This document shows positions 55,352-63,523 of a DNA stretch of 64,000 bases, in pieces. The stretch is from Actinomycetota bacterium. Lineage in GTDB: Bacteria; Actinomycetota; Thermoleophilia; Gaiellales; Gaiellaceae. Where the stretch lies: positions 536 through 64,535 of the forward strand of contig JBKPRX010000011.1 of NCBI GenBank assembly GCA_046734795.1. The letters run 5' to 3'. Under the pieces are notes generated by a model. The model worked only from the letters and a program-made list of their open reading frames with translations. It was not told the DNA's origin and did not search any database. The position numbers and the translations under genes are program-made. Every line of letters begins with the position of its first letter. Position 1 is the stretch's first letter.

Positions 55352-55586
55352 GTGTCTCGTCTCAGCTCGTGCATGACGGCGGACGGGCCCGTCGGTCTCG
55401 GCCTCGTGGGATGTTCGCGTCCGCGCGCGGCTTGAAGTATCACCGCGGTGACGAGCTCGGCAGTCACGGGCGGCAGAGCGCCGAGTCGCTTGCTCACGAG
55501 TGGCCGTTCGACTAGCCTAGGCGCGTAGGCATGCATAGGCGTTGCCATGGCAAGCGCCGCGCCGTCCAAAGGAGTGTCGACAGCTG

Positions 55587-55721
55587 GTGATCCACCGGTT
55601 CAGCAGGGCAGAGCTCGTCGCGAGAGGCAGCGCCGCCGTGCTCGTGGCCGGCTCCGCGTTCGGCGCGCCGGCAGAGACGGCCCAGGCGGACGCGCCACCC
55701 GACGGCGACGTGTCTATCTGA
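55587..55721 (+). CDS. possible 44-aa ORF consisting almost only of a signal peptide
   Basis: GTG 55587 lies 12 nt after AAAGGAG. The product is VIHRFSRAELVARGSAAVLVAGSAFGAPAETAQADAPPDGDVSI. GC3 is about 88%. It ends 4 nt before the MerR-TOBE gene and is below the track cutoff. Confidence 0.3.
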   Translation: MIHRFSRAELVARGSAAVLVAGSAFGAPAETAQADAPPDGDVSI

Positions 55722-55725
55722 GGCG

Positions 55726-56100
55726 ATGCCGCGCGAGTTCTACACCGCCCGCGACGCCGCCCGGATGCTCGGAATCAGCCTCGACACGTTGCGCCGCTGG
55801 GACCGCGACGGCCGAATCAAGACGCGCCGCGACTCGAGCAACCGGCGCATCGTCTCTGCGGCCGAGATCGCTCGGCTTCGCGGCGGCGACGGCGAGCGGT
55901 TGAGCGCGCGCAACCGCTTCCACGGCACCGTCGGCGAGATCAAGGTCGAAGGCCTGATGGCGCAAGTCGAGCTCCTCGTGACCGAGCCGGTCAGGCTCGT
56001 CGCGATCGTGACCCGCGACGCCGTCGAAGAGCTCGGACTGAAAAGCGGCTCGCCGGCGACGGCAGTCGTCAAGGCGACTTCCGTGATGGTTCAGAACTAG
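55726..56100 (+). CDS. MerR/excisionase-type HTH fused to TOBE (Mop) domain; putative molybdate-responsive regulator
   Basis: The HTH is YTARDAARMLGISLDTLRRWDRDGRI. The TOBE-like C-terminus is SARNRFHGTVGEIKVEGLMAQVELLV...AVVKATSVMV. It lies directly upstream of modABC. Confidence 0.85.
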   Translation: MPREFYTARDAARMLGISLDTLRRWDRDGRIKTRRDSSNRRIVSAAEIARLRGGDGERLSARNRFHGTVGEIKVEGLMAQVELLVTEPVRLVAIVTRDAVEELGLKSGSPATAVVKATSVMVQN

Positions 56101-56110
56101 GAGGGACCGC

Positions 56111-56914
56111 GTGCGCTTGCAGTTCACCCGCCTCGTCTTCTCCGCTCTGGTCGCCGCGTTGACGATCGCCGGCGCCGGCTCCTCGGCGAACCCCGATGCG
56201 CGTGCACGCGCCCAGGCGCGGATCACCGTGTTCGCAGCCGCATCGCTCACCGACGCCTTCCCGGCAATCGACGGTTCATTGCGTTACTCCTTCGGCGGCT
56301 CGAACGCGCTCGCGACGCAGATCGCTAACGGCGCTCCGGCGGATGTCTTTGCGTCCGCGAACACGACGATCCCTGCACGGCTCTACGCAAAGGGTGTCGT
56401 CGAGAAGCCGGTCAACTTCACCCGCAACGCGCTCGTGATCGTCGTGCCGAAATCGAACCCGGCGCACATTCACACGGTGTACGACCTCGCCAAGCGGGGC
56501 GTGAAGGTCGACGTCGCCAACTCCGCGGTTCCGGTCGGCAGCTACACGCTCCAAATCCTCAAGAAGATGAATTTGACGGCGAAGGTGACGGCGAATTTCG
56601 TCAGCCAGGAGACCGACGTTCGTGATGTCCTCGCGAAGGTCGGTCTCGGCCAGGCCGACGCCGGCTTCGTCTACTCGACGGACGCCAAGACGGTGCCCGA
56701 TCGCGTGAGCGTGATCAAGATGCCTGCCTCGGCGCAGCCGAAGATCGCCTACGCGATGGCCGTCGTCAGTCGCAGCGCGAACAAGGCAGCCGCCCACGCA
56801 TTCATCGACAAGGTGCTGAGCAAGTCCGGACAGGCGGCGTTACTCAGGTACGGCTTCCTGCCGCTCGTCAAGCCGGCGAAGAAGCCGCCGGCCAAGATCA
56901 AGAAGAAGACCTAG
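56111..56914 (+). CDS. modA: molybdate ABC transporter substrate-binding protein
   Basis: ITVFAAASLTDAF...YSFGGSNALATQIANGAPADVFASAN...NALVIVVPKSNP is a typical ModA pattern. Confidence 0.9.
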   Translation: MRLQFTRLVFSALVAALTIAGAGSSANPDARARAQARITVFAAASLTDAFPAIDGSLRYSFGGSNALATQIANGAPADVFASANTTIPARLYAKGVVEKPVNFTRNALVIVVPKSNPAHIHTVYDLAKRGVKVDVANSAVPVGSYTLQILKKMNLTAKVTANFVSQETDVRDVLAKVGLGQADAGFVYSTDAKTVPDRVSVIKMPASAQPKIAYAMAVVSRSANKAAAHAFIDKVLSKSGQAALLRYGFLPLVKPAKKPPAKIKKKT

Positions 56915-56917
56915 GCG

Positions 56918-57745
56918 ATGCGGCGCGTCCTGACCGCGGCCGCGGTCTTCGCAGCTGCCGTCCTCTCGTTTTCGTTCTTGCTGCTGCCGATCGTGGCGCT
57001 CTTCACGCACCAATCGCTGGGCGAGCTCTTGCATCAGCTCACGAACCCCGTCGTCAAGGACGCGCTCGTCGTCAGCGCCAAGACGAGCGCGGTCGCGCAG
57101 GCGGCGATCCTACTCTTCGGCACGCCCACCGCGTACGTGATCGCTCGTCACCGCTTCCGCGGCCGTGCGTTCGTGATCACGCTCGTCGAGCTGCCGCTCG
57201 TGCTGCCACCGGCGGTCGCGGGTGTCGGGCTCCTCGTCGCGTTCGGGCGCTTCGGCTTGCTCGGCTCGACCTTCGACGCGCTCGGGATCGACCTCGCCTT
57301 CAACCAAGCCGCGGTCGTGCTTGCCGTCGTCTTCGTCGCGAGTCCGCTCTACATGCGCGCGGCAATCGCGTCCTTCGAGGCGGTCGACTCGAACCTCGTC
57401 GCCGCCTCGCGCACGCTGGGCGCCGGCCCGGAACGAACCTTCTTTCGCGTCGTGCTGCCGCTCGCGCGCGCCGGCCTCGCCGCCGGTGCTGCCCTCGCGC
57501 TCGCCCGCGGCCTCGGCGAGTTTGGCGCCACGATCATGTTCGCCGGCAGCTTCCAGGGCATCACGCAGACGCTGCCGCTTGCGATCTACTTCGAGTTCGA
57601 CCGCGACTTCGACGTCGCGGTCACGATCAGCGCGTTGCTGGTGATCGTCACCGGCGCAATTCTCCTCTCCCTGAAAGCGACCGCCCTGTGGCCGAGCTCG
57701 CCGCGGACTTCACGCTCACTCTCCGAACCTTTGAGCTCGAGCTAG
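56918..57745 (+). CDS. modB: molybdate ABC transporter permease
   Basis: Has LPLVLPPAVAGVGLL and the EAA-loop ASRTLGAGPERTFFRVVLPLA. The 3' end overlaps modC by 58 nt. Confidence 0.9.
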   Translation: MRRVLTAAAVFAAAVLSFSFLLLPIVALFTHQSLGELLHQLTNPVVKDALVVSAKTSAVAQAAILLFGTPTAYVIARHRFRGRAFVITLVELPLVLPPAVAGVGLLVAFGRFGLLGSTFDALGIDLAFNQAAVVLAVVFVASPLYMRAAIASFEAVDSNLVAASRTLGAGPERTFFRVVLPLARAGLAAGAALALARGLGEFGATIMFAGSFQGITQTLPLAIYFEFDRDFDVAVTISALLVIVTGAILLSLKATALWPSSPRTSRSLSEPLSSS

Positions 57746-58719
57746 CGCTCCGTGCCGAGCGGACGGTCGCGCTCGTCGGCCCCTCGGGCGCCGGCAAGTC
57801 GTCCGTGCTTCGAGCGGTCGCCGGTCTCGCGCGGCCGTCGGTGGGGACGATCGCCCTGGACGAAGACGTCTGGTTCGACGCCGACCGGCGCATCTTCCGT
57901 AGTCCCGATCGCCGAAGCGTCGGCCTCGTCTTCCAGGAGTACGCGCTCTTTCCGCACATGAGCGTGCGCCGCAACGTCGCCTACGGCGGCGCTGCGCGCG
58001 TCGACGAGTACCTCGAGCGCTTCCGCATCGCGCACCTCGCCGAGGCCGACCCGGCTGAGCTCTCAGGCGGCGAGCGCCAGCGCGTCGCTCTCGCGCGCGC
58101 GCTCGCACGGAACCCCGGCGCGCTTCTTCTCGACGAGCCGCTCTCGTCGCTCGACAGCCACACGAAGTCCGCTGTCCGCGTCGAGCTTCAAGAGCTCCTG
58201 CATGAGTTCGGCCTGCCGACGGTCCTCGTCACGCACGACTACGACGACGCGGCCGCGCTCGCCGACGAGGTCGGCGTGATCGTCGACGGCAAGCTCCGCC
58301 AGCTCGCGAGCCCGCAAGAGCTCGTCTCCAATCCCGCGGACGCGTTCGTCGCTTCTTTCACCGGCGCAAACCTGCTGCACGGCGTTGCGCAACCCGAGAA
58401 CGACGAGCTCACGCTCGTTCGGCTCGAAAGTGGTGAGCGCATCTACTCCACCGACTCCGCGTTCGGAGACGTCGGCGTCGTCGTCTACCCGTGGGAGATC
58501 ACCGTCGGTCGCGTCCAGCACTCCGACTCGGCGCTCAACGTCATCCAGGGCGACGTCCGCTCTGTCGTCCATGTCGGCAACCGTGTGCGCGTTTCGATCG
58601 GCCCGATCACTGCGGAGGTCACCGCCGCCTCCGCGCACGAGCTCGACCTCGCCCGCGGCGGCCGAGCCGTGGCGACCTTCAAAGCAACCGGTACCCGCCT
58701 CGTGCCCCGCGCGCGATAA
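57688..58719 (+). CDS. modC: molybdate ABC transporter ATP-binding protein with C-terminal TOBE domain
   Basis: Has Walker A GPSGAGKSS, signature LSGGERQRVALARAL, Walker B LLLDEPLSSLD and a TOBE-like tail. Confidence 0.9.
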   Translation: MAELAADFTLTLRTFELELALRAERTVALVGPSGAGKSSVLRAVAGLARPSVGTIALDEDVWFDADRRIFRSPDRRSVGLVFQEYALFPHMSVRRNVAYGGAARVDEYLERFRIAHLAEADPAELSGGERQRVALARALARNPGALLLDEPLSSLDSHTKSAVRVELQELLHEFGLPTVLVTHDYDDAAALADEVGVIVDGKLRQLASPQELVSNPADAFVASFTGANLLHGVAQPENDELTLVRLESGERIYSTDSAFGDVGVVVYPWEITVGRVQHSDSALNVIQGDVRSVVHVGNRVRVSIGPITAEVTAASAHELDLARGGRAVATFKATGTRLVPRAR

Positions 58720-58767
58720 GAGATCCGCGACGTGCGTGGGTCGGCCGCGCGGTCCGCTCCTGACGCC

Positions 58768-59163
58768 TCACTTCGCGACCGAAGCGTCAGCTTCAGGCGC
58801 TCTGTCGTCTCCTTCTGGCTCGAGAATGAAGATCTCGGCCGACATATCCGGGTCGAAGCACACTTGTGACATGAACGCGAGCACTCTCCGGTTGAGCGCG
58901 TTCTCGACGATCTCGATGAACGCGGTTTTCATGGTGTCTTGGAAGATCGTGCGCGTCTCGCGCACGGCGTCTGCGCGGCCGGCGTCGATCAACGTCCGTT
59001 CGATCGGCGTGTAGATGTCCTCGAGAACGCACACGACGTAGTTGCGCTGCATGATCGTGCGGACGGTCGTTGCGCCGCGTCCGTAGTGCTCGCGGTGGAG
59101 CCGGGTGATCCCGTTCGAGATGGCCGACAGGTGTCGTCCGCGATCGAGTGGCGTTGTTGTCAT
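58768..59163 (-). CDS. DUF2294 (MpsC-like) family protein
   Basis: ISNGITRLHREHYGRGATTVRTIMQRNYVVCVLEDIYTPIERTLIDAGRADAVRETRTIFQ resembles the gene at 59980 closely (about 75% identity by eye). Confidence 0.8.
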   Translation of the reverse strand: MTTTPLDRGRHLSAISNGITRLHREHYGRGATTVRTIMQRNYVVCVLEDIYTPIERTLIDAGRADAVRETRTIFQDTMKTAFIEIVENALNRRVLAFMSQVCFDPDMSAEIFILEPEGDDRAPEADASVAK

Positions 59164-59379
59164 CTTCTCGCTGACGCCGCCCCGAGGCTAGGTCCGCAAG
59201 GTGACGTGGGCAGCGGGCGCGCCACCAAGCGGAGTCGAGCACCTAAGGGCTCGACATCTGCCCGGGAAGGACAGCCATCGCGCTCCACAGTTCTTCGCAG
59301 CAACGGCACGGGCTCTCCGCGCAGCCGCCGACCTCGGCACTCTAGACAGTGCTCGCGTCCGCCTGTGGCGGCGCCGCCG

Positions 59380-59733
59380 TCAACGATCTTGTCGTCGCGG
59401 GTCGAGTTTGATCGCCGCGACTGCGCTCTCGCCGAACTTCTCGACGACGATGAAGCGCTCGTTCCTCTCGACGACGCGTTCGACCGCCGGGATGTCGTGG
59501 CCGGCGAGGACGGCGAAGTGCGTGGGGACGGCGCGGAGATGATCGTACTCGGCTTGGCTAAGGACGATGCGTTCGGTGCAGTCCTTGTGGCCGCATTCGC
59601 AGAGGATCTCCACCTTGTCGTGCATCTCGAGGGTCACCGCGAGCTCGTCAATCCGCTCATTGACCTCGCGGAAGAGCGATTGGCGGTGTCCGACGTCGCG
59701 GGCCCGCGGCCCCGATTCCTCCGTCTGTTGCAT
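59380..59733 (-). CDS. hypothetical protein with CxCxxxxC/His motif (117 aa)
   Basis: ATG 59733 is preceded by GAGGAGGG. The product contains ...LFREVNERIDELAV...VEILCECGHKDCTERIVLSQAEYDHLRAVPTHFAVLAGHD... No family recognised. Confidence 0.65.
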   Translation of the reverse strand: MQQTEESGPRARDVGHRQSLFREVNERIDELAVTLEMHDKVEILCECGHKDCTERIVLSQAEYDHLRAVPTHFAVLAGHDIPAVERVVERNERFIVVEKFGESAVAAIKLDPRRQDR

Positions 59734-59979
59734 CACGAACCCTCCTCGGAATGACCCTGTTGTCCGAGGGCTCGTCGCCTGCCGCTCTGGACAGGCCGCG
59801 CACCCACTTCCTGCAGAAGCGCCGGAGCGGCGAAACCACACCAGTGCCCGGGTTTTAAGGCTATCACCGTCCCATTGTGATCAGCTAGCGTGGAGGTGCA
59901 CAACTACCCGCCTGGTTGTTTCTTCGCTCCTTCCTCCTTCCGGGTATCGATCCTCGGGGAGCGGGTTAGCGGGTGTGCG

Positions 59980-60357
59980 ATGACGAGCGTGATCTCCGAA
60001 CGTGCACAGCAGGCGGCGGCGGTCTCAAATGCGATCACTCGGATGCATCGAGAGCACTACGGTCGCGGCGCGACGACGACGAGGACGATCATCCAGCGCA
60101 ACTACGTCGTCTGCTTTCTGGAGGACATCTACACGCCGTTCGAGCGGACACTGATCGAGTCCGGGCGGGCGGATGCGGTTCGAGAGACGCGGACGATCTT
60201 CCAGGACGCGATGGCAGCGAAGTTCACCGAGGCCGTCGAGGCCGCGACGGGCAGGGCCGTGATCGCCTTCATGTCGCAGGTGCACTTCGAGCCAGACATG
60301 GCAGCCGAGGTCTTCGTCCTCGAACCGCACGCAGACGACCGCGCGCCCGAGGGCTGA
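59980..60357 (+). CDS. DUF2294 (MpsC-like) family protein (inverted paralog)
   Basis: Starts at ATG 59980. The product contains VSNAITRMHREHYGRGATTTRTIIQRNYVVCFLEDIYTPFERTLIESGRADAVRETRTIFQ. Confidence 0.8.
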   Translation: MTSVISERAQQAAAVSNAITRMHREHYGRGATTTRTIIQRNYVVCFLEDIYTPFERTLIESGRADAVRETRTIFQDAMAAKFTEAVEAATGRAVIAFMSQVHFEPDMAAEVFVLEPHADDRAPEG

Positions 60358-60526
60358 CCGACACATTCCGCGTTTGGGCTGGCGGCGAGGCCGGGTATAG
60401 ACCCCTGCGGTGCTCGGATGCGGAGGACGTGCGAGCGCCGATTGGAGTCGCTGGGTGCGAGATCAGTCCGTTGTGGCTGATGGACGAACCCTCGATCCGC
60501 CTAAGTCGGAACCGAGGAGGGCCGTC

Positions 60527-60862
60527 ATGTCCAGTGCACACTCAGCTCAGATCGTCACGCCGGCCGTAGGGCCGGAGTCGGGCGACGCTCGACCGCAGCT
60601 CCTGTTCTTCTACTCGAGTACCTCGGGAAGCTCGCGACGCACGGAGGGCTTTCTGGCGCAGGTGCTGCAGCGTCGCCGTAACCACCATTCGTTTCAGCTG
60701 CGTCGCATCGACGTCGACCGGCACCCCCAGCTCGTCGAACGCTTCAAGGTCGACGGAGTACCCGCGCTCGTCGTCGTCGAGAGCAAACGCGTTCGCGCTC
60801 GCCTGAGCAGCCCGCGCGGTTGTGCAGAGATCGCCGAGACGCTGGCGCCATGGCTGACCTGA
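60527..60862 (+). CDS. thioredoxin-fold protein with CGPC replaced by SGSS
   Basis: ATG 60527 is preceded by GAGGAGG. LLFFYSSTSGSSRR...RIDVDRHPQLVERFKVDGVPALVVV follows the thioredoxin pattern (FWAxWCGPCK...VDvDenp.la..y.i..iPTl) without the redox cysteines. Confidence 0.7.
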   Translation: MSSAHSAQIVTPAVGPESGDARPQLLFFYSSTSGSSRRTEGFLAQVLQRRRNHHSFQLRRIDVDRHPQLVERFKVDGVPALVVVESKRVRARLSSPRGCAEIAETLAPWLT

Positions 60863-60965
60863 GCTCGTGAAGGTGCTGCGTCAGCGCTGAGCGTTGCTGC
60901 GGCCGTCCGCGCGCGCGGCCGCCGCCGGCGTCTGACGAACTCGAACCGTTTCGAGCGGACTCGAG

Positions 60966-61949
60966 TTACCCGAGCGATCTGATGACGTTCTCCGCCTCGG
61001 TTATCAGGCCGTGGACGATGTCGGCGGCCGACTCTTCTCGGGTCACGAGCCCCACTCCCTGTCCAGCCCAATGCGGCAGCGGCTCGACGTCGCCGACCAT
61101 CGCGGCGGTCGGCGTCGCAGCTGCGTAGCGGCTGATTCGCGAACCGTCGGGCCGCGTCGCGGGCTCGTCGTCTTCTCCGGGTCTCGATCCCGCAGGGGGT
61201 CGGCCTGCCCGCTCCCACGCCTCGACCGTCGAGTTGCGAAGGGTGCGGTGTGGTGCGTCGGGCCAGCCGCCGTCGAAGAGCGTGCTGTAGAAGGTGTCGT
61301 CTTCGCCGGCGGCGAGGAGGCGACGCCGGTAGTCGGGGTGGATCGCGGCCTCCGCTGCGGCGAGGAAGCGCGTGCCGACCCACGCGCCGACGGCGCCGAG
61401 CGCGAGCACGGCAGCGAGACCTCGTCCGTCCGCGATTCCGCCCGCGGCGACGACCGGAACCGGCGCGACAGCGTCGACGACGCGCGGGACGAGCGCAAGC
61501 GTCGAGACCGTTCCCCAAACGTGTCCGCCCGCTTCCCATCCCTGCGCCACGACGACGTCGGCGCCTGCGGCAGCGGCCGCGCGCCCTTCGTCGGCGGTTC
61601 CGACCGTGACGAACACGATTGCGCCCGCATCGCGCGCTTCGCCGACGATGTCGGTCGCGTCCCCCCAGAAGAACGAGACGACGCGTACGCCCGCGGCGAG
61701 CGCCGACGCGAGCCGCTCGCGCTGGTCCCAGGCGAGCCCGAGGTTTACACCGAATGGACGCTCCGTCTGCTGGCGCGTCTCGTGAACGACCGTGGCGATC
61801 TCATCCGGGGGCGTCCAACTGAGCGGCAGCAGGCCGAGCGCACCCGCATTCGAGACGGCAGCCGCCAGTGTCGGCGTGACCGCCCCACCCATCGGTGCGA
61901 GAACAATCGGTGCCTCGATGCCAAGGAGGTCGCACAGCGGCGTCCGCAT
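60966..61949 (-). CDS. nitronate monooxygenase / NAD(P)H-dependent flavin oxidoreductase (NMO family)
   Basis: LLGIEAPIVLAPMGG...VVAQGWEAGGH...VVAAGGIADGRG is a typical NMO pattern. Confidence 0.9.
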   Translation of the reverse strand: MRTPLCDLLGIEAPIVLAPMGGAVTPTLAAAVSNAGALGLLPLSWTPPDEIATVVHETRQQTERPFGVNLGLAWDQRERLASALAAGVRVVSFFWGDATDIVGEARDAGAIVFVTVGTADEGRAAAAAGADVVVAQGWEAGGHVWGTVSTLALVPRVVDAVAPVPVVAAGGIADGRGLAAVLALGAVGAWVGTRFLAAAEAAIHPDYRRRLLAAGEDDTFYSTLFDGGWPDAPHRTLRNSTVEAWERAGRPPAGSRPGEDDEPATRPDGSRISRYAAATPTAAMVGDVEPLPHWAGQGVGLVTREESAADIVHGLITEAENVIRSLG

Positions 61950-62064
61950 TGATCGAGTCTAGGAAACGGCATCGCTCACCGGTACCAGCTGGCGTCGCCG
62001 CCTTTACTCTCGGTGACCATCTCGGCGACAAGCGCCGGTGGGAACGATCGAAAGGGAGAAGAAC

Positions 62065-62364
62065 GTGACGACTTTGCTCGTGCTCTACAGAGGACCAGCC
62101 ACGACGTCGGACGCTTCGCACGCAGGGTGGCCCGAGTGGTTCAAAGGCCTCGGCGACAAACTCGTCGACCGCGGGTCGCCGTTGGCGAACGGCTTCGTCG
62201 TCAACTCCGACGGCAGCACAAGCGAAACGGCCGCCAACTTCAACGGCTACAGCATCATCCGCGCCGACGATCGCGCGCACGCACTCGAGCTATTGCGAGA
62301 TCACCCGTTCCTGTCACACGGTCGCGAGTACACGATCGAGGTGTTCGAAGTGCCGAGCAAATGA
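62065..62364 (+). CDS. YCII/DGPF-like small protein
   Basis: GTG 62065 follows AAGGGAGAAG. The product contains LLVLYRGP...GYSIIRADDRAHALELLRDHPFL...TIEVFEV. Confidence 0.6.
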   Translation: MTTLLVLYRGPATTSDASHAGWPEWFKGLGDKLVDRGSPLANGFVVNSDGSTSETAANFNGYSIIRADDRAHALELLRDHPFLSHGREYTIEVFEVPSK

Positions 62365-62643
62365 GGTGCGCCTTGCGAGCCACTTGATCTGGGTGAGGGT
62401 CTCACGGTGGAGCTCGTCAGCGCCGCGAGTCCTGGCGGATCAGATCGGATGAGTGGCGGCCGCAGCTCGATCGGCGCGGTATTCCGTGCGACGTAGTGCG
62501 GCGCTTCGGAATGCTCTGCTTGGACGCGAACGTGTACATCGAAGGCACGCCGGACGAAGGCGAGCGCCTCAACAACTGAAGCGAAAAGCCCGGTTGCGGG
62601 ATTGTCTTTTCGGGCGCTTCCGTTCGGGAGCGTGCGATCGACG

Positions 62644-63189
62644 CTACTGCTTCAGGAAGCGGAAGTACACGCAGTACCGGATCGAGCCGGTGCGGTTCGC
62701 GCCGCTTGCGTGCGGGAGTTGCGGGTGCATCACGAGGACGTCGCCCGGGTCGAGCGTCACTTGCTGCGGCTCGCTTCCGTCCAGCGGCCACACCGTGAGG
62801 CCGCCGTTCTCCGGCCCGTTGCGCGTGAGCGCGACGCCGAGGATGCGCGCGTACGGTCTCCCGTTCGCCCAGTCTGGGAGCTGGTCGACGTGCGAGTGGA
62901 GGTCGACCTCCTGCTCGGGATCGTCGGGCATCTGCCCGACGATCTGCGGGTCGCACAGCTCTCCGTCGCGGAGCGCCGGTGGCAGGTGCTCGAGCAGCGA
63001 TACGACCTCGTCATCCCAGCGGAGGTGCGGATACCAGTGTGCGTTCCACAGCCACTGCGCGAGCCACTCCTGCGGCAGGCCTCGCGTTGCGACGTCGCGG
63101 TGTATGTGGCGGAGCACGCCGTCGACTGCCTCCTGGGGAACAGCCCCGCGCAGCACCTCGTACCCCGATCTCGTTTGCGTCGCTGTCAA
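62644..63189 (-). CDS. phytanoyl-CoA dioxygenase (PhyH) family protein
   Basis: YEVLRGAVPQEAVDG...HSHVDQ...GGLTVWP...GDVLVMHPQLPHASGANRT shows a 2-His-1-carboxylate pattern. The start is TTG 63189, or up to 63288 in the track. Confidence 0.75.
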   Translation of the reverse strand: MTATQTRSGYEVLRGAVPQEAVDGVLRHIHRDVATRGLPQEWLAQWLWNAHWYPHLRWDDEVVSLLEHLPPALRDGELCDPQIVGQMPDDPEQEVDLHSHVDQLPDWANGRPYARILGVALTRNGPENGGLTVWPLDGSEPQQVTLDPGDVLVMHPQLPHASGANRTGSIRYCVYFRFLKQ

Positions 63190-63406
63190 CGCCGTCCGCC
63201 TACCTCCACGTCGGATCCGTAAACGAGCAGCATCTTCTGCTGACGGCGAGCGCCGTTCCAGACGCAGCGCGCCGGGCGGACGACGCACCAGCCGCTCGCT
63301 CTCGTCACGCCTCCAGCGCCCTCCCCTTATGTAGTCAAAGACATAGATGCATCGCTGACAACGACCACGGTTTCACCGGCGACCCGCCGGATAAAACGGA
63401 CGCCTC

Positions 63407-63523
63407 ATGGAGACGATTCTCATCGCCGGGGGAGCGGGCTTCATCGGCTCCCATCGGCAGACCGCCGACGACGGTTTCGAGGACGCGGCCGCCCAGCGCG
63501 CGGCCCGCGGGCGCGAGCGATGA
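63407..63523 (+). pseudogene. 38-codon remnant of an NAD-dependent epimerase N-terminus
   Basis: METILIAGGAGFIGSH carries the Rossmann GxxGxxG, then degenerates (RQTADDGFEDAAAQRAARGRER). Its stop overlaps the next gene start as ATGA. Confidence 0.4.

Noticed and set aside
55348-55569. 73-aa minus-strand ORF whose stop overlaps the MFS start as GTGA
   Set aside because: It has a TTG start with no SD. Third-position GC is only about 70%, against about 90% in the neighbouring genes. No motif is present, so it is more likely part of the long divergent promoter region.
60527-60862. Interpreting the Cys-free Trx-fold protein as a KaiB clock component
   Set aside because: The pattern also fits ordinary thioredoxin with Cys-to-Ser changes. 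No KaiC/KaiA-like genes are in the window, and the similarity is judged by eye only. It is kept as a generic redox-inactive Trx-fold protein.
60883-60957. GC-rich inverted repeats between the Trx-like gene and the NMO gene (GCGGCCG-N10-CGGCCGC at 60901-60924; CTCGAA-CCGT-TTCGAG at 60942-60957)
   Set aside because: The stems are short (6-7 bp) in GC-rich DNA where such repeats arise by chance. No U-tract is present. They may be terminators but are not strong enough to list as features.
62365-62643. 279-bp convergent gap: possible small ORF (…GIPCDVVRRFGMLCLDANVYIEGTPDEGERLNN) and an interrupted hairpin GAAGC-G-AAAA-GCCCG...CGGGC-GCTTC (62578-62620)
   Set aside because: The ORF has no credible start or SD and no family match. 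The hairpin is bulged with an 18-nt loop and lacks a clear U-tract, so it is too weak to call as a terminator or sRNA.
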